From: an uncultured Planctomycetota bacterium
GTDB lineage: Bacteria > Planctomycetota > PLA2 > JAEUHO01
Reading direction: 5' to 3'
NCBI GenBank assembly: GCA_963752285.1
Contig: CAVVXN010000002.1
Location: 96,001 to 160,000 of the forward strand
Length of the DNA stretch: 64,000 nt
Position 1 is the first letter of the stretch, and every line of letters starts with the position of its first letter. A program made the position numbers and the translations under genes. Below the pieces are notes generated by a model that was not told the DNA's origin, made no database searches, and saw nothing but the letters and a program-made list of their open reading frames with translations. Shown piece by piece: positions 6,793 through 16,647 of this stretch.

Positions 6793-9330
6793 ATGTCCTT
6801 CGAGCCTTCGCCGACCGGGGCGTCCCGGGCGGTTGCGGGCGCGGTCTGTTCGGCCGGCTCCCCGAGCCTGGCCGCGGCGTCCCCTTCGGCGCCCGACGCC
6901 GCTTCGCCGACCCCGCTCCCTTGCCACACCTCCCCCTACTTCGAAGCCGGGCTCCTCGGGGGGCTCGCCGCGGCCGAGATCCGCGAGCGGCTGGCCGGGA
7001 ACCGCCGCACGACCGACCTCGGCCACCGCCGGGACGCCTGGTACCTCGCCGAGGTGCACACCCGCCGCCTCTACGAGGACACCGGCCACCGAAGCACCGT
7101 CGAGTTCGCGGGCGACGTGCTGCGGCTCGACCGCCGCCGCACGCGCGAGCTCGTTCGGGTGGGCAAGCGGCTGCTCGAGCTTCCCCTCGTGGACCTCGCG
7201 TTCCTCCGCCGGGAGATCTCCTGGTCGCACGTGCTGGCGCTCGTGCGCGTCGTCGTGCCCGAGACGCAGTCGGACTGGCTCCTCTACGCGATGACGGAGC
7301 CGGTGCGCGACCTGGACCTCCAGACGCGACTCGCGCGCCCGGGCGACCGTCCGCGGCGCCCCGGCCAGTCCAAGGGAACGCCGGAGGTGCGCTTCCCGTT
7401 TCGGGTCAGCGTATCGAGCCTGCTCCAGCGGAAGATCGAGGACGTGCAGCAGGTGCTCTCGAAGGAGCGGGGCGTTTCGCTCGGGCTCGCTCAGGTGCTC
7501 GAGATGCTCTGCGACGTGGCCCTCGCCACCCCGTCCGACCCCGCGGACCCCAAGGTCGAGACGCGCGTGGACCGCAGCCGCTACACGCTCGTCGTCCACG
7601 ATCGCGGCGGCGACGGCGGTCTGACGGTCAAGACCCGCCATGGCGAGGTGCCGATCGACGGAGCGGGCCGGGAGGACCCGCTCGTCGCGCGCGTCCGGAG
7701 CGAGATGATCCGCTGCGACGCTCGCTGCCTCAAGTGCGACGGCCATGGCGGCGTCGAGGAGCACGTGAAGACGCCGCCGCACCTGCGCGCGAGGGTGCTC
7801 CGGCGGGACGGACATCGCTGCGTCTGCTGCGGCCGCGCCCAGGGGCTGATGGTGCACCACATCCGGTGGCGGAGTCGCGGGGGCCTGACGAACGCCCGAG
7901 GCCTCGTGACGTTGTGTGAATGGTGCCACGCGCTCGTGCACGCGGCGCTCCTCGTGTGCGTGGGCGAGCACGCCAGCAGGATCGAGTTCCAGGACCGCTT
8001 CGGGAGGCGGCTCGGCGGAGGCAAACGACGAAAGCGGGTGGCGGCCTCGGTGATCGCCGAGCTCCTGGCGCAGGTGCCCGTGCTGGCCGGGAGCACGGGC
8101 GGAAGCGTCGAGGAGCCTTCCTTCTCGTTCGACGACTTCCCGGACGCCGTCGATGCCGGGACGTGGCGCCGCCACGCGCATCTCGTCGAATTCGAGGGCG
8201 GCGCGATGCGGCTTCGCCCCGGGCGGCCGCTCGACGTGGAGACTCCGTCGGCGCGTGCGCGGCCCGAGCCGCAGCCGGCGAAGGCCGCGTTCGAGAAGGT
8301 CCTCGGCCGCGAGGCGCTGGTGTACCGCTTCGACGTGACCGCGAGGGCTCGGCGCCTTCGGGGGGAGCCCTTCCCGCACGTGCTCCTCAGCGGCGCGCCC
8401 GGGATGGGCAAGACGTCGATCGCGCGCGGGCTCGCGGCGATGCTCGGCGGGCGGCTCCACGACATCGTCGGTCCGCTCCTCTTCGACAAGGTGACCCTGC
8501 TCCGCCAGCTCCTCGAGATGGAGGACGGGGACGTGCTCTTCCTCGACGAGGTGCACGGGGTTCCCCGACCGGTGCTCGAGGTGCTCTACCGGGCGATGGA
8601 GAGCGGGGAGATCAGCCTTCCGCTCCGGGCCGGGGCGCGCCAGAAGATGGTGCGGTTCGTGCTGCCTCGCGTGACGCTCCTGGCCGCCACGACCGAGCCG
8701 GGGACCCTACCGGGCGCGTTCACGAGCCGCTTCGGCTTCGTGGAGCACCTGGTCCCCTACGGGCGCGAGGATCTGGCGCGGATCGCGGCGGCGCGGGCGA
8801 AGAAGGCCGGGCGCCCGGTGGCGCCCGAGGCCGCGATGACGGTCGCGGAGGCGTCCACGGGGACGCCGCGCGACGCGCTCCGACGCATGGACCAGGTGCT
8901 CGACGAGGCGGCGCTTCACGACGTGCCCCGCGTCACGCGCGCGTTCACCCAGGCGACCTTCGAGCGGCTGGGCTGGTCGCCCGACGGGCTCTGGCCCCTC
9001 GAGCGCTCCTACCTCGACCTCGTGCCCGCGGGCGGGCAGGCGGTCTCGCTCGGACGGATCGCGGGGGCGCTGGGGCTCGACGTGAAGGCGGTCGCGTGGG
9101 ACGTGGAGCCGCGGCTCGTCCGGCGGGACTTCGTCCGTGTGACGCCGAGGGGGCGGGTGCGGGGCGCCGCGGGGCGGGCCCGACGACGCTCTTTGGCGAC
9201 GGCCGCCGGCGCGAGCCCCGCCGGACGGCTGACGACGCGCCGGACGTCCGGCGCCGGTGCGCCCGGCGTCCGGCGGGGCCTTCGGGCTCCACGGCGCCCT
9301 CCCCGAGCGGATTCTCGAGGCCTCGCGTGA
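6793..9330 (+). CDS. DUF222-like + HNH endonuclease + RuvB-type AAA+ ATPase fusion protein
   Basis: HNH: RVLRRDGHRCVCCG...VHHI..RSRGGLTNARGLVTLCEWCHALVH; RuvB: HVLLSGAPGMGKT, DVLFLDEVH, LYRAME, TLLAATT, SRFG, GTPR, EPRL..TPRGR. Confidence 0.85.
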   Translation: MSFEPSPTGASRAVAGAVCSAGSPSLAAASPSAPDAASPTPLPCHTSPYFEAGLLGGLAAAEIRERLAGNRRTTDLGHRRDAWYLAEVHTRRLYEDTGHRSTVEFAGDVLRLDRRRTRELVRVGKRLLELPLVDLAFLRREISWSHVLALVRVVVPETQSDWLLYAMTEPVRDLDLQTRLARPGDRPRRPGQSKGTPEVRFPFRVSVSSLLQRKIEDVQQVLSKERGVSLGLAQVLEMLCDVALATPSDPADPKVETRVDRSRYTLVVHDRGGDGGLTVKTRHGEVPIDGAGREDPLVARVRSEMIRCDARCLKCDGHGGVEEHVKTPPHLRARVLRRDGHRCVCCGRAQGLMVHHIRWRSRGGLTNARGLVTLCEWCHALVHAALLVCVGEHASRIEFQDRFGRRLGGGKRRKRVAASVIAELLAQVPVLAGSTGGSVEEPSFSFDDFPDAVDAGTWRRHAHLVEFEGGAMRLRPGRPLDVETPSARARPEPQPAKAAFEKVLGREALVYRFDVTARARRLRGEPFPHVLLSGAPGMGKTSIARGLAAMLGGRLHDIVGPLLFDKVTLLRQLLEMEDGDVLFLDEVHGVPRPVLEVLYRAMESGEISLPLRAGARQKMVRFVLPRVTLLAATTEPGTLPGAFTSRFGFVEHLVPYGREDLARIAAARAKKAGRPVAPEAAMTVAEASTGTPRDALRRMDQVLDEAALHDVPRVTRAFTQATFERLGWSPDGLWPLERSYLDLVPAGGQAVSLGRIAGALGLDVKAVAWDVEPRLVRRDFVRVTPRGRVRGAAGRARRRSLATAAGASPAGRLTTRRTSGAGAPGVRRGLRAPRRPPRADSRGLA

Positions 9331-9382
9331 GCGCCCGCGGGGGCGGTCCACGACCCGGGTTCCCGGGCATCGGCCTCGCGGG

Positions 9383-11950
9383 TCAACCCCGGAGCGTGGA
9401 CGGGCTTCGCGCCTCCGGTACGACGTGGTGCGGCACCGTCGCGACCGACTTCGGGTTCCCCGAGGTCGTCGCGTGCTCGGTCAGGACGCGGGTCAGCTCG
9501 TCGAGCGTGAAGGGCTTCTCGAGGACGTGGTTCCCGGTCTTCTTGACGGAGGTCATCACGTCCTCGTTCGCGTAGTCGCCCGTCATGAAGACCATCCGGC
9601 TCGCCTTCTCGGGGTCCTTCTCGGCGACGATCCGGTGCAGGTCGATGCCCGACGTGCCGGGCATCCGGATGTCCACGAGCAGCGCGTCGTAGTCGCCCTC
9701 CGAGAGCATCCGCATGGCCTCGGAGGCGTTCGACGTCGAGTCCACCCGGCAGCCGAGGCGGCCGAGCTGACCGACCAGCGCCTCGCGGACGTCCTTCTCG
9801 TCGTCCACGACGAGCACCCGGAGCGCCACGGACCCGCCCGTGGAGGGGAGGGGCGCCGCCGCGGCCGGCTCCTCGCCCGCCGGCAGGCGCGAGCGGGGGA
9901 GCTTCAGGACGAAGCGGGCGCCGCCGCGGACCGTGTCGTCGAGCAGGAGGTCGCCGCCGTGGTCCCTCGCGACCGAACGGGCGAGCGCGAGGCCGAGGCC
10001 GGTGCCCTGGTTCGCGCCCTTCGTGGTGAAGAACGGCTGGAAGATCTTCGCGCGGAGCCCCTCGGGGATGCCCGGGCCCGAGTCCTGGATCGTGGCGACC
10101 AGCGAGTCGGGGAGGGGGCGCATCTGGATCGTGATCTTGCGCTCGCCCTCGTGGTCCTTCAGCGCGTGGATCCCGTTCTGGACCAGGTTCACGAAGATCT
10201 GCTGGAGCGAGTGCTTGTCTCCGAGCACGGGCGGGAGGCCCTCGGGCGCGTCCATCTCGAGCTTCACGTTCGTGAGCCTCGCCTCGTAGGCGAAGAGCTC
10301 GAGGACGGTCTGGGCGACTTCCGGCAGCGCGAGGTGCGTGCGCTCGGGGTTTCTCTGCCGCGCGACCGAGAGGAGGTTCTTCACGATCCGGGTGGCGCGG
10401 ACGGCCTGCTCGCGGATCTTCCCGAGCGTCTGGCCGACCTTCGTCTCGTCCACGTGGTCCTTCAAGAGGTCCGCGTAGCCGATCAGGGCCGTCAACGGGT
10501 TGTTGAGCTCGTGGGCCACGCCCGCGAGCGTCTGGCCGACGAGCGTCATCTTCTCGGACTGGACGAGCCGGGCGCGGGCCATCTCCTCGTCGGTCACGTC
10601 GGAGAGGGTGACGAGCGTTCCGAGGCGCTGGGCGCCGTCGAGGATCCCGATCGCCGTGCAGGCGAGGTGGATCGGGCCCTCGTCCTCCGGGCCCGCGAGG
10701 AGCGCGCGGAACCGCCGCGACACGCCCGCGGGCGTCTCGGCGAGGTCGGCCAGGCGGTGCTCGCCGATCGCCTCGGGGAGCGGGACGTGCGTGCCCGGGC
10801 AACCGAGCGCGCGGCGCGCGGCGGGGTTCGCGAGGAGCACGCGACCGTCGGGGCCGAGGAGCAGCACGCCCTCGCGCATCTGGCGGAGCAGGAGCGAGGT
10901 CCGACGGTGCTCCTCGCTGCCCTGACGTTCGATCCGCTGCATCGCCTCGCCGACCCGGCGGGCGACGTCGGCCAGCACGCCGATCCGGCGCTCCTCGATG
11001 GCGCTCCGGCGGGGGTCCGCGATCACGAGCACGCCGCCCACGCGGCCGCCCGCGCGGATCGGCACCTCGACGAGCGTGCGGTACTCGAGCGCGTCGGGCA
11101 GGAGCCGGCTCCCGACGGAGCGCGCCTCGATCTTCGGGATCACCATGTGGTTCCCGTGCCGCGACATCGACTCCTGCAGGAACGAGCGGCGCCGCTCGGC
11201 GTGGTCGTCGGTGAGTCGGCCGTTCTCCTCCCAGAGCGCCACGCTCTCGGACTTCGTCTCGAGCGCGACCGCGCGCGCGCGGACCGCGAGGTGACAGCGG
11301 AGGTGTCGCACGATCGCCTCGGCGAGCTCGTGGAGCCCGCCGGAGGACGCGAGCGCCTGCGCGAAGGTGACGAGCTCGGCCGCCTCCGACTCCCGTTCGC
11401 GCATCTCCTTCTCGAGGCGGTCGTGGAAGAGCTTCCGGCTCTGCTCCTCGCGTACGAACCCCAGCACGCGGGCCGACTCGTAGCTCGCGGCGAGAAGGAG
11501 GATCACCTGGTAGACCAACAGCTCGAGGTCGGGGGCCTGATGCTGGAGCGTCGCGAACAGGGTCGTCGCGAGCCCCATCGACATCGCGCCCGCCATGGTG
11601 CCGAGCAGCGACGCGGTGACCGTCCCGCCGACCACGGCCACGAGCACCGCGACCGTGTATCCGGCGAGGAAGGCGGCTTGGGGCTGGAAGCCCTGATGGA
11701 GCCAGCATCCGGCCGCCCCGACCAGGAGCAGATCGCCGGCCAAGAGGAGGAGCGCCACGGGCGGGCTCGTGTGCCGTCGCCACGCGAGGAGCGTCCCGAG
11801 GAAGAAGAAGACGAGCTGCCCCGCGAGGATCGAGGAGAGGATCGTCTGATGCGTCATGCCGAGGCCCGCGCAACGCCAGGCGATCGCGAACGTCACGGCG
11901 AGGACGACGGCGCGGAGGAGGATCGCGCTGAGGAGTCGGGAGGGACGCAT
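9383..11950 (-). CDS. Membrane hybrid sensor histidine kinase (TM-GAF-PAS-HisKA-HATPase-REC)
   Basis: H-box AGVAHELNNPL, N-box NLVQNG, DSGPGI, FFTTK, GTGLGL; receiver VLVVDDE..DIRMPG..KPF; start taken at MRPSRLL. Confidence 0.9.
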   Translation of the reverse strand: MRPSRLLSAILLRAVVLAVTFAIAWRCAGLGMTHQTILSSILAGQLVFFFLGTLLAWRRHTSPPVALLLLAGDLLLVGAAGCWLHQGFQPQAAFLAGYTVAVLVAVVGGTVTASLLGTMAGAMSMGLATTLFATLQHQAPDLELLVYQVILLLAASYESARVLGFVREEQSRKLFHDRLEKEMRERESEAAELVTFAQALASSGGLHELAEAIVRHLRCHLAVRARAVALETKSESVALWEENGRLTDDHAERRRSFLQESMSRHGNHMVIPKIEARSVGSRLLPDALEYRTLVEVPIRAGGRVGGVLVIADPRRSAIEERRIGVLADVARRVGEAMQRIERQGSEEHRRTSLLLRQMREGVLLLGPDGRVLLANPAARRALGCPGTHVPLPEAIGEHRLADLAETPAGVSRRFRALLAGPEDEGPIHLACTAIGILDGAQRLGTLVTLSDVTDEEMARARLVQSEKMTLVGQTLAGVAHELNNPLTALIGYADLLKDHVDETKVGQTLGKIREQAVRATRIVKNLLSVARQRNPERTHLALPEVAQTVLELFAYEARLTNVKLEMDAPEGLPPVLGDKHSLQQIFVNLVQNGIHALKDHEGERKITIQMRPLPDSLVATIQDSGPGIPEGLRAKIFQPFFTTKGANQGTGLGLALARSVARDHGGDLLLDDTVRGGARFVLKLPRSRLPAGEEPAAAAPLPSTGGSVALRVLVVDDEKDVREALVGQLGRLGCRVDSTSNASEAMRMLSEGDYDALLVDIRMPGTSGIDLHRIVAEKDPEKASRMVFMTGDYANEDVMTSVKKTGNHVLEKPFTLDELTRVLTEHATTSGNPKSVATVPHHVVPEARSPSTLRG

Positions 11951-12136
11951 GGGCTCTCGAAGGGGCGGCCCCCGGGGCGTGCCCCCGGAGTTCCGACCGC
12001 TCGACCTATCGACGCCCGACCGCGGGCGACTTGAGACGAGGCGAGGGGCTCCGAGGCCCGGAAAATGGGCCTGAGAGCGCGGTTTCCACCCGGGCGGGCG
12101 GCGCGGGTGTTCGCCGGCCCCTGGTAGAACCTCGCC

Positions 12137-13219
12137 GTGGCCCAGCGAACCGCCCTCCCGGAGCCCTCGGGCCACAAGGACGCCGTGTTCGGGCTGGCCG
12201 AGGAGGAGGGCCGGGTGCTCCTCCTTCGAAACCCGAGGTTCGTGGGCGGCACGCGTCGCTCGACCTGGGACCTCCCCGGCGGCACCGTGGAGCCCGGCGA
12301 GCGTCTCCAGGACGCCCTCGTCCGCGAGTGGCGCGAGGAGACGGGCCTCTCCTGTCGCCCGGGGCCGCTCCGGCTCGTGGTGGACGGCGTGAAGCGCCGG
12401 GCCGAGGGAGCCCCCCCGATCCGGACCTGGCGGGCCTTCCTCTTCTCGGTCGAGACCGCGGGCGACCCCGCGCCGGGGGCGGGGATCGACGAGGTCCGGT
12501 GGGTCCTTAGAGACGACGCCCTCGTGTGCCTCGAGGCGCCCTACCACGCGGCGCTTCGGGCCCACCTCCGAGGCGACGAGCGTCTCTACGCCCACGTCGA
12601 GTGGATCGACCCGATCCCCGAGGGCGTCCTCGAGGCGTCCCTCCCCGGCGTGCTCCTCCTCGGCCGGGTCGCCGCGACGGCGGCCGTCGGCGAGGCCGCG
12701 GCCCTCCTGGCGGCCGTGGACCGCGCGCTCGACGCCGGCGAAGCCCCCGTGCGCGTCGCCGAAGCCCTCCTCCAGGTCGTCCCGTACGCGGGGTTCCCGC
12801 GCGCGATCGCGGCGTTTCGGGTGGCGGCGTCGAAGCTCGCGGATGTACCGCGCGGGGTCCCCGCCGGGCCGCGGCCGAGCGGCCGCGAGGTCTTCGAGCA
12901 GGTCTACGGCGAGACCGCGGCGCGCGTCCGCGAGGGCCTGGAGCGGCTCGACCCGGCGCTCGCACGCTGGACCGAGGCCTTCGCGTACGGCGAGGTCCTC
13001 GCGAGACCGGGCCTCACGCTCCTCGAGCGCGAGATCCTCGCCGTCCAGATCCTGACGGCGATGGGCCACCTCGACGACCCGCTCCTCGGCCACCTGCGCG
13101 CCGCGCTGCGCCTCGGCGCGACGCCGCCCCTCCTCGCCGACGCGATCCGGCTCGCCACCGGGGCGAACGTGCCGGCAGGTCGCACGTCGCGGGCCCTGGC
13201 CCTCCTCGCCCGCGCTTGA
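12137..13219 (+). CDS. NUDIX hydrolase fused to carboxymuconolactone-decarboxylase/AhpD-like domains
   Basis: Nudix box LPGGTVEPGERLQDALVREWREETGL; CMD-like EALLQVVPYAGFPRAI and EREILAV...HLRAALRLGAT. Confidence 0.8.
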   Translation: MAQRTALPEPSGHKDAVFGLAEEEGRVLLLRNPRFVGGTRRSTWDLPGGTVEPGERLQDALVREWREETGLSCRPGPLRLVVDGVKRRAEGAPPIRTWRAFLFSVETAGDPAPGAGIDEVRWVLRDDALVCLEAPYHAALRAHLRGDERLYAHVEWIDPIPEGVLEASLPGVLLLGRVAATAAVGEAAALLAAVDRALDAGEAPVRVAEALLQVVPYAGFPRAIAAFRVAASKLADVPRGVPAGPRPSGREVFEQVYGETAARVREGLERLDPALARWTEAFAYGEVLARPGLTLLEREILAVQILTAMGHLDDPLLGHLRAALRLGATPPLLADAIRLATGANVPAGRTSRALALLARA

Positions 13220-13515
13220 GCTCGAGGCCGCGGCGGCCGGGGAGCCTCGGTCCGGCCGTGCGAGGCCGTTCGCAGCCGCGCCGACGCGGGGCGAAGATCT
13301 CGCGGCCCCTCCAACGAGATGGGAATCCGTGCCTCGGCTGGGCGGGGCTGGCGAGGTACACCCGCCTGCGGGAGACGAGGACGAGGTCACTCGCCCTAGT
13401 GGGTCCTTCAGCGTTCTGCCCCAGCCGGTCCCCACGCCTGTTCGTTGCACCCACGCGATCGGTACATGGGGTGGGAGGTCCCGGGCGCGTCGTGTTCACC
13501 AGATTGGACGTCGGG

Positions 13516-13531
13516 TGGCACGCGGGCCGCT
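13516..13531 (+). promoter_or_regulatory. Possible sigma-54 (-24/-12) promoter upstream of a PEP-CTERM gene
   Basis: TGGCACGCGGGCCGCT has GG-N10-GC spacing with a consensus -24 half; the -12 half is imperfect. Confidence 0.35.
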
Positions 13532-13673
13532 TCTGCTGGGCCCTCCGTCCCGTCCCCGAGCCGAGTGTGGAATTTTGTCCCAAGCCCGTGGTCCTGGCGG
13601 CCACTAGAGCAGCGAGGGCCGCTGGTGCCATCGCACCGGCACGGGCCCAATCCTCCGGGAGGAATCGGCCGAG

Positions 13674-14375
13674 ATGAAGACGTTCCCGCTGCGCTTGTCG
13701 ATCGGACTGCTGGCCACGCTCGGTGCGATGACCGCCTGGGCGGGTCACGCCCGCGCGGACTCCATCGACTGGCGGTCCGGGGTTCTTCCTTCGGCCGCGA
13801 GCGGGGACACAGTCGACGACGACGGGTACAGCTTCGGCAACGTGAACTTCGCGAACTCGATCAACGACGACCTCAAGGGAACGTCCCTCACCTTCACGTT
13901 CACCGGGGGCACGCTGACCGTCACGGCGTTCACGGGCGACGGGAGCTCGCCGAGCCAGGCCTACTACGACCGGAACACCATCACCCGGGGCATGGGTGTG
14001 CAGGCGTCGGGTTTCGGTGGGGACAACGAGCAGATCGACGTCAACGGCGACGACCTGCTCCGGCTCAGCTTCAGCACCCAGGTCGAGGTGACCGAGGTCT
14101 ACTTCGTGAACCGCGATCACGGGACCGGGTTCACGGGGGGCTACTCGGGAGACTACGACATCAACGGGACGACCGGGGATCTCGCCGCGTCCGTGTCGTT
14201 CGCCCCTGGCACGCTGGTCGGGTCCGTGTTCGACTTCACGGCGCCGAACCAGGACTACTACGTGGGCAAGATCGTGTTCAGCGTCGTCCCGGTGCCGGAG
14301 CCCGGCACGCTCGCGCTGCTCGGCCTCGGCATCGTCGGTCTCGGCGTCCGTCGCCGCAGGGCGCGCCGGGCCTAG
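13674..14375 (+). CDS. PEP-CTERM sorting-domain surface protein
   Basis: Signal peptide ending ARA; C-terminal VPEPGTLALLGLGIVGLGVRRRR. Confidence 0.92.
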   Translation: MKTFPLRLSIGLLATLGAMTAWAGHARADSIDWRSGVLPSAASGDTVDDDGYSFGNVNFANSINDDLKGTSLTFTFTGGTLTVTAFTGDGSSPSQAYYDRNTITRGMGVQASGFGGDNEQIDVNGDDLLRLSFSTQVEVTEVYFVNRDHGTGFTGGYSGDYDINGTTGDLAASVSFAPGTLVGSVFDFTAPNQDYYVGKIVFSVVPVPEPGTLALLGLGIVGLGVRRRRARRA

Positions 14376-14456
14376 CGCGCCTCGGCCCCGGAGCACGGAG
14401 GGGCGCCGGACCGAGCGGTCCGTTCTCGCCTCCGCTGTCTTTCCGAGCCGGGATGC

Positions 14457-14719
14457 TCACCTCCAGGCGCGCGGGATGCCCGGGGGGTCGGGCGGCGCCA
14501 GGATCTCCGGGTCGCCGCGCTCCCACAGCCTCTCGATGTCCTCCACAGGGAAGGTGAGGAGCGCGAGACCCTCCCCGCGGTCCGGTGGTGCTTGCGGCGA
14601 TGCGCCGTCGGGGTCACCACGCGCCCCGTGCCGTCGATGGTGATGATCTCCGCCACATCGAAGATGGTGCATACCAGGCGAAGCGTGGCGATCACCGGCG
14701 GTCCAGGATCGGGACGCAC
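14457..14719 (-). pseudogene. Possible ~87-aa hypothetical protein with a one-base frameshift near 14582
   Basis: Two abutting GC3-rich frames (...DVAEIITIDGTGRVV... and DRGEGLALLTFPVEDIERLWERG...) join at a GGTCC site. Confidence 0.35.
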
Positions 14720-14867
14720 ACTCTGCGGACTGGGCGGACGAGATCCGACCTAGGAGTACGGCCGGTCCTCCGGTGACGCCGTCGCGGGCCGGGGTCGTCG
14801 GCAGGGCGGCCCGTCGGACGAACGAGCCGCGTGCCTCTCGGTCGGCCGGAGCCCGTGGGAGCGCAGG

Positions 14868-15620
14868 ATGAGGTGGAGCGGAGGGATTCTCGGGCGGCCG
14901 CCGCGGGTGGCGGTGATGGGGGCCCCGCGCTCGGGCACCAACTTCGTCCGGTACCTCCTCGAGCGGAACTACAGGTGTCGCGTCCTCTACCACAGCTACG
15001 GATGGAAGCACGCCCCCGTACCGATCTTCGACGCCCATGCTCCGGTTCGCTATCCGCGCCTGCCCATCGTCTACGTCTCCAAGAACCCGCTCTCCTTTGC
15101 GGCCTCCCTGCACGCCTACTTCGTCGCCTCCGGGTTGAACATCCGCGCGGCCCCGGAGTGGACACACTTCCTGCGAGAACCCATCACTCTCTTCGACGCC
15201 TCGCTCGATCGGTCGCCGCAGATGCGCTTCGCGAATCCCGTCCAGTATTGGAACTTCGTCTACTGGAACCTGTCCACCCTGCCCGCCGCGCGGTTCTCGT
15301 GCCACGGCCTGCGGTACGAGGACGCACTGATCGACCCCGAAAGCGCCACGGCGCGCGTGGCGTCGCTCCTCGGCCTCGCCCGACTGTCTCGCCCGTTCGA
15401 CGTTCCGGCCTTCACCATGAGCCGCATGGGGGAAGGCAGGGCCCGAGGCGGAAACCCCTACGAGACGGAACGACCCTTCGACCGGGAGGCCCACACGAAG
15501 GCGCGCGCTCTCGACCGCTTCACGCCGGAGGACGTCGAGTTCGTCTCGTCCCAGGCCGACGCGGCCGTCGTGGAGCGGCTCGGCTATCCCCCCGATCTGG
15601 TCGGCGGGGCCGCGAGATAG
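14868..15620 (+). CDS. Sulfotransferase-family (PAPS P-loop) protein
   Basis: GAPRSGTN 5'-PSB loop, KNPLSFAASL 3'-PB-like motif, LRYEDAL. Confidence 0.7.
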   Translation: MRWSGGILGRPPRVAVMGAPRSGTNFVRYLLERNYRCRVLYHSYGWKHAPVPIFDAHAPVRYPRLPIVYVSKNPLSFAASLHAYFVASGLNIRAAPEWTHFLREPITLFDASLDRSPQMRFANPVQYWNFVYWNLSTLPAARFSCHGLRYEDALIDPESATARVASLLGLARLSRPFDVPAFTMSRMGEGRARGGNPYETERPFDREAHTKARALDRFTPEDVEFVSSQADAAVVERLGYPPDLVGGAAR

Positions 15621-16637
15621 GGGCGGACCGCCAGCCACAGCGCGCGGGCGGGGCCGTCCACGATCAGGACGCACTCCTTGTAGAGGCTCCAGCCGAGGAG
15701 GCATTGGCCTTCGTTCGTTCCGACGCGGAGGTCCTGGAAGCGCGTGGTGCCGAGCGCGATCTCCTTCACGTGATGGAGCGAGCTCGTCGTACGCGCGGCC
15801 ACGTCGAGCGTGGTCGCCTCGCCGACCGGTTCGCCGCCCACCTCCGCGATCGCCTCGGGCGTGAGACGGGTCAGGTCGGCGCCCGTGTCGAGGAGCGCCG
15901 GGACCACGCGGCCGCTCGGAAGCTCGAGCTCGATCCGCGCGAGGGGGGGCTTCCCCACGAACGCGAGCTTCTCGAAGCGCGTGCCCTTCTCGTAGCGCCG
16001 GCCGAGCGCATCGAGGACGTCCTTCGACGCGAGGACCACGATCTCCCCCCGCGGACGGTCGAGGAGCAGGGCCTGCCGTGCGAAGACGTCCGCCGCGAGG
16101 ACGAGGTCGATCCCTTCGGCGACCTCCGGCGCCACGACGACCGACGAGAGGTCGGTCAGGTCGTGGGGGAGCGCCTGGACGCCCTCGACCGTCAGCCGGC
16201 CGGTCCCGGGCGCGGGGGCGCCGGTCGCTTCCCCCTTCGCCGCGTCGCCGAGGACGATCGGACCCAGCTCGACGACCTCGTCCGACCTCGTCACGGTCTT
16301 CCCGGCGCGCGTGAGCAGGACGGGCGCTCCAAGGCGGACCCGGGAAAGCCTCGCGCGGCGCACGAACGCGAGGTCCACGAGGGTCTGCTCCGCGCCGGTG
16401 TCGATCATCGCGAGCGCGGGAACGCCCCCGACCGTGACCCGCACGAGCGGCAAGGTCCCCGGGACGAGCGGCGCGCGGGCCTCGCCCTCGAGCGTCGCGG
16501 CGGTAGGCTCCGGGCGGAACCGGACCCCGTCCTTCCGCCCGCACGCGGCGAGGAGCGTCCCGAGGAGCGCGAGCGCCCACCCGGCCCGCGCGCGCGCGCT
16601 TTCGGGATCCCGCGATCGGTCGCGTGGGGTGTGCCAT
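15584..16637 (-). CDS. Two-domain retropepsin-like aspartyl protease lipoprotein; apparent frameshift in a (GC)6 tract near 16590
   Basis: AMIDTGA and ALLDTGA catalytic motifs, lipobox LLAAC; ATG 16637 is out of frame and one extra GC unit restores it. Confidence 0.75.
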
Positions 16638-16647
16638 CCGGGGGCGC

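Noticed and set aside
8287..9160. Ordinary housekeeping ruvB with its own start
   Set aside because: No stop, RBS or start separates it from the HNH region, the sequence is diverged, and ruvA/ruvC are absent from the window
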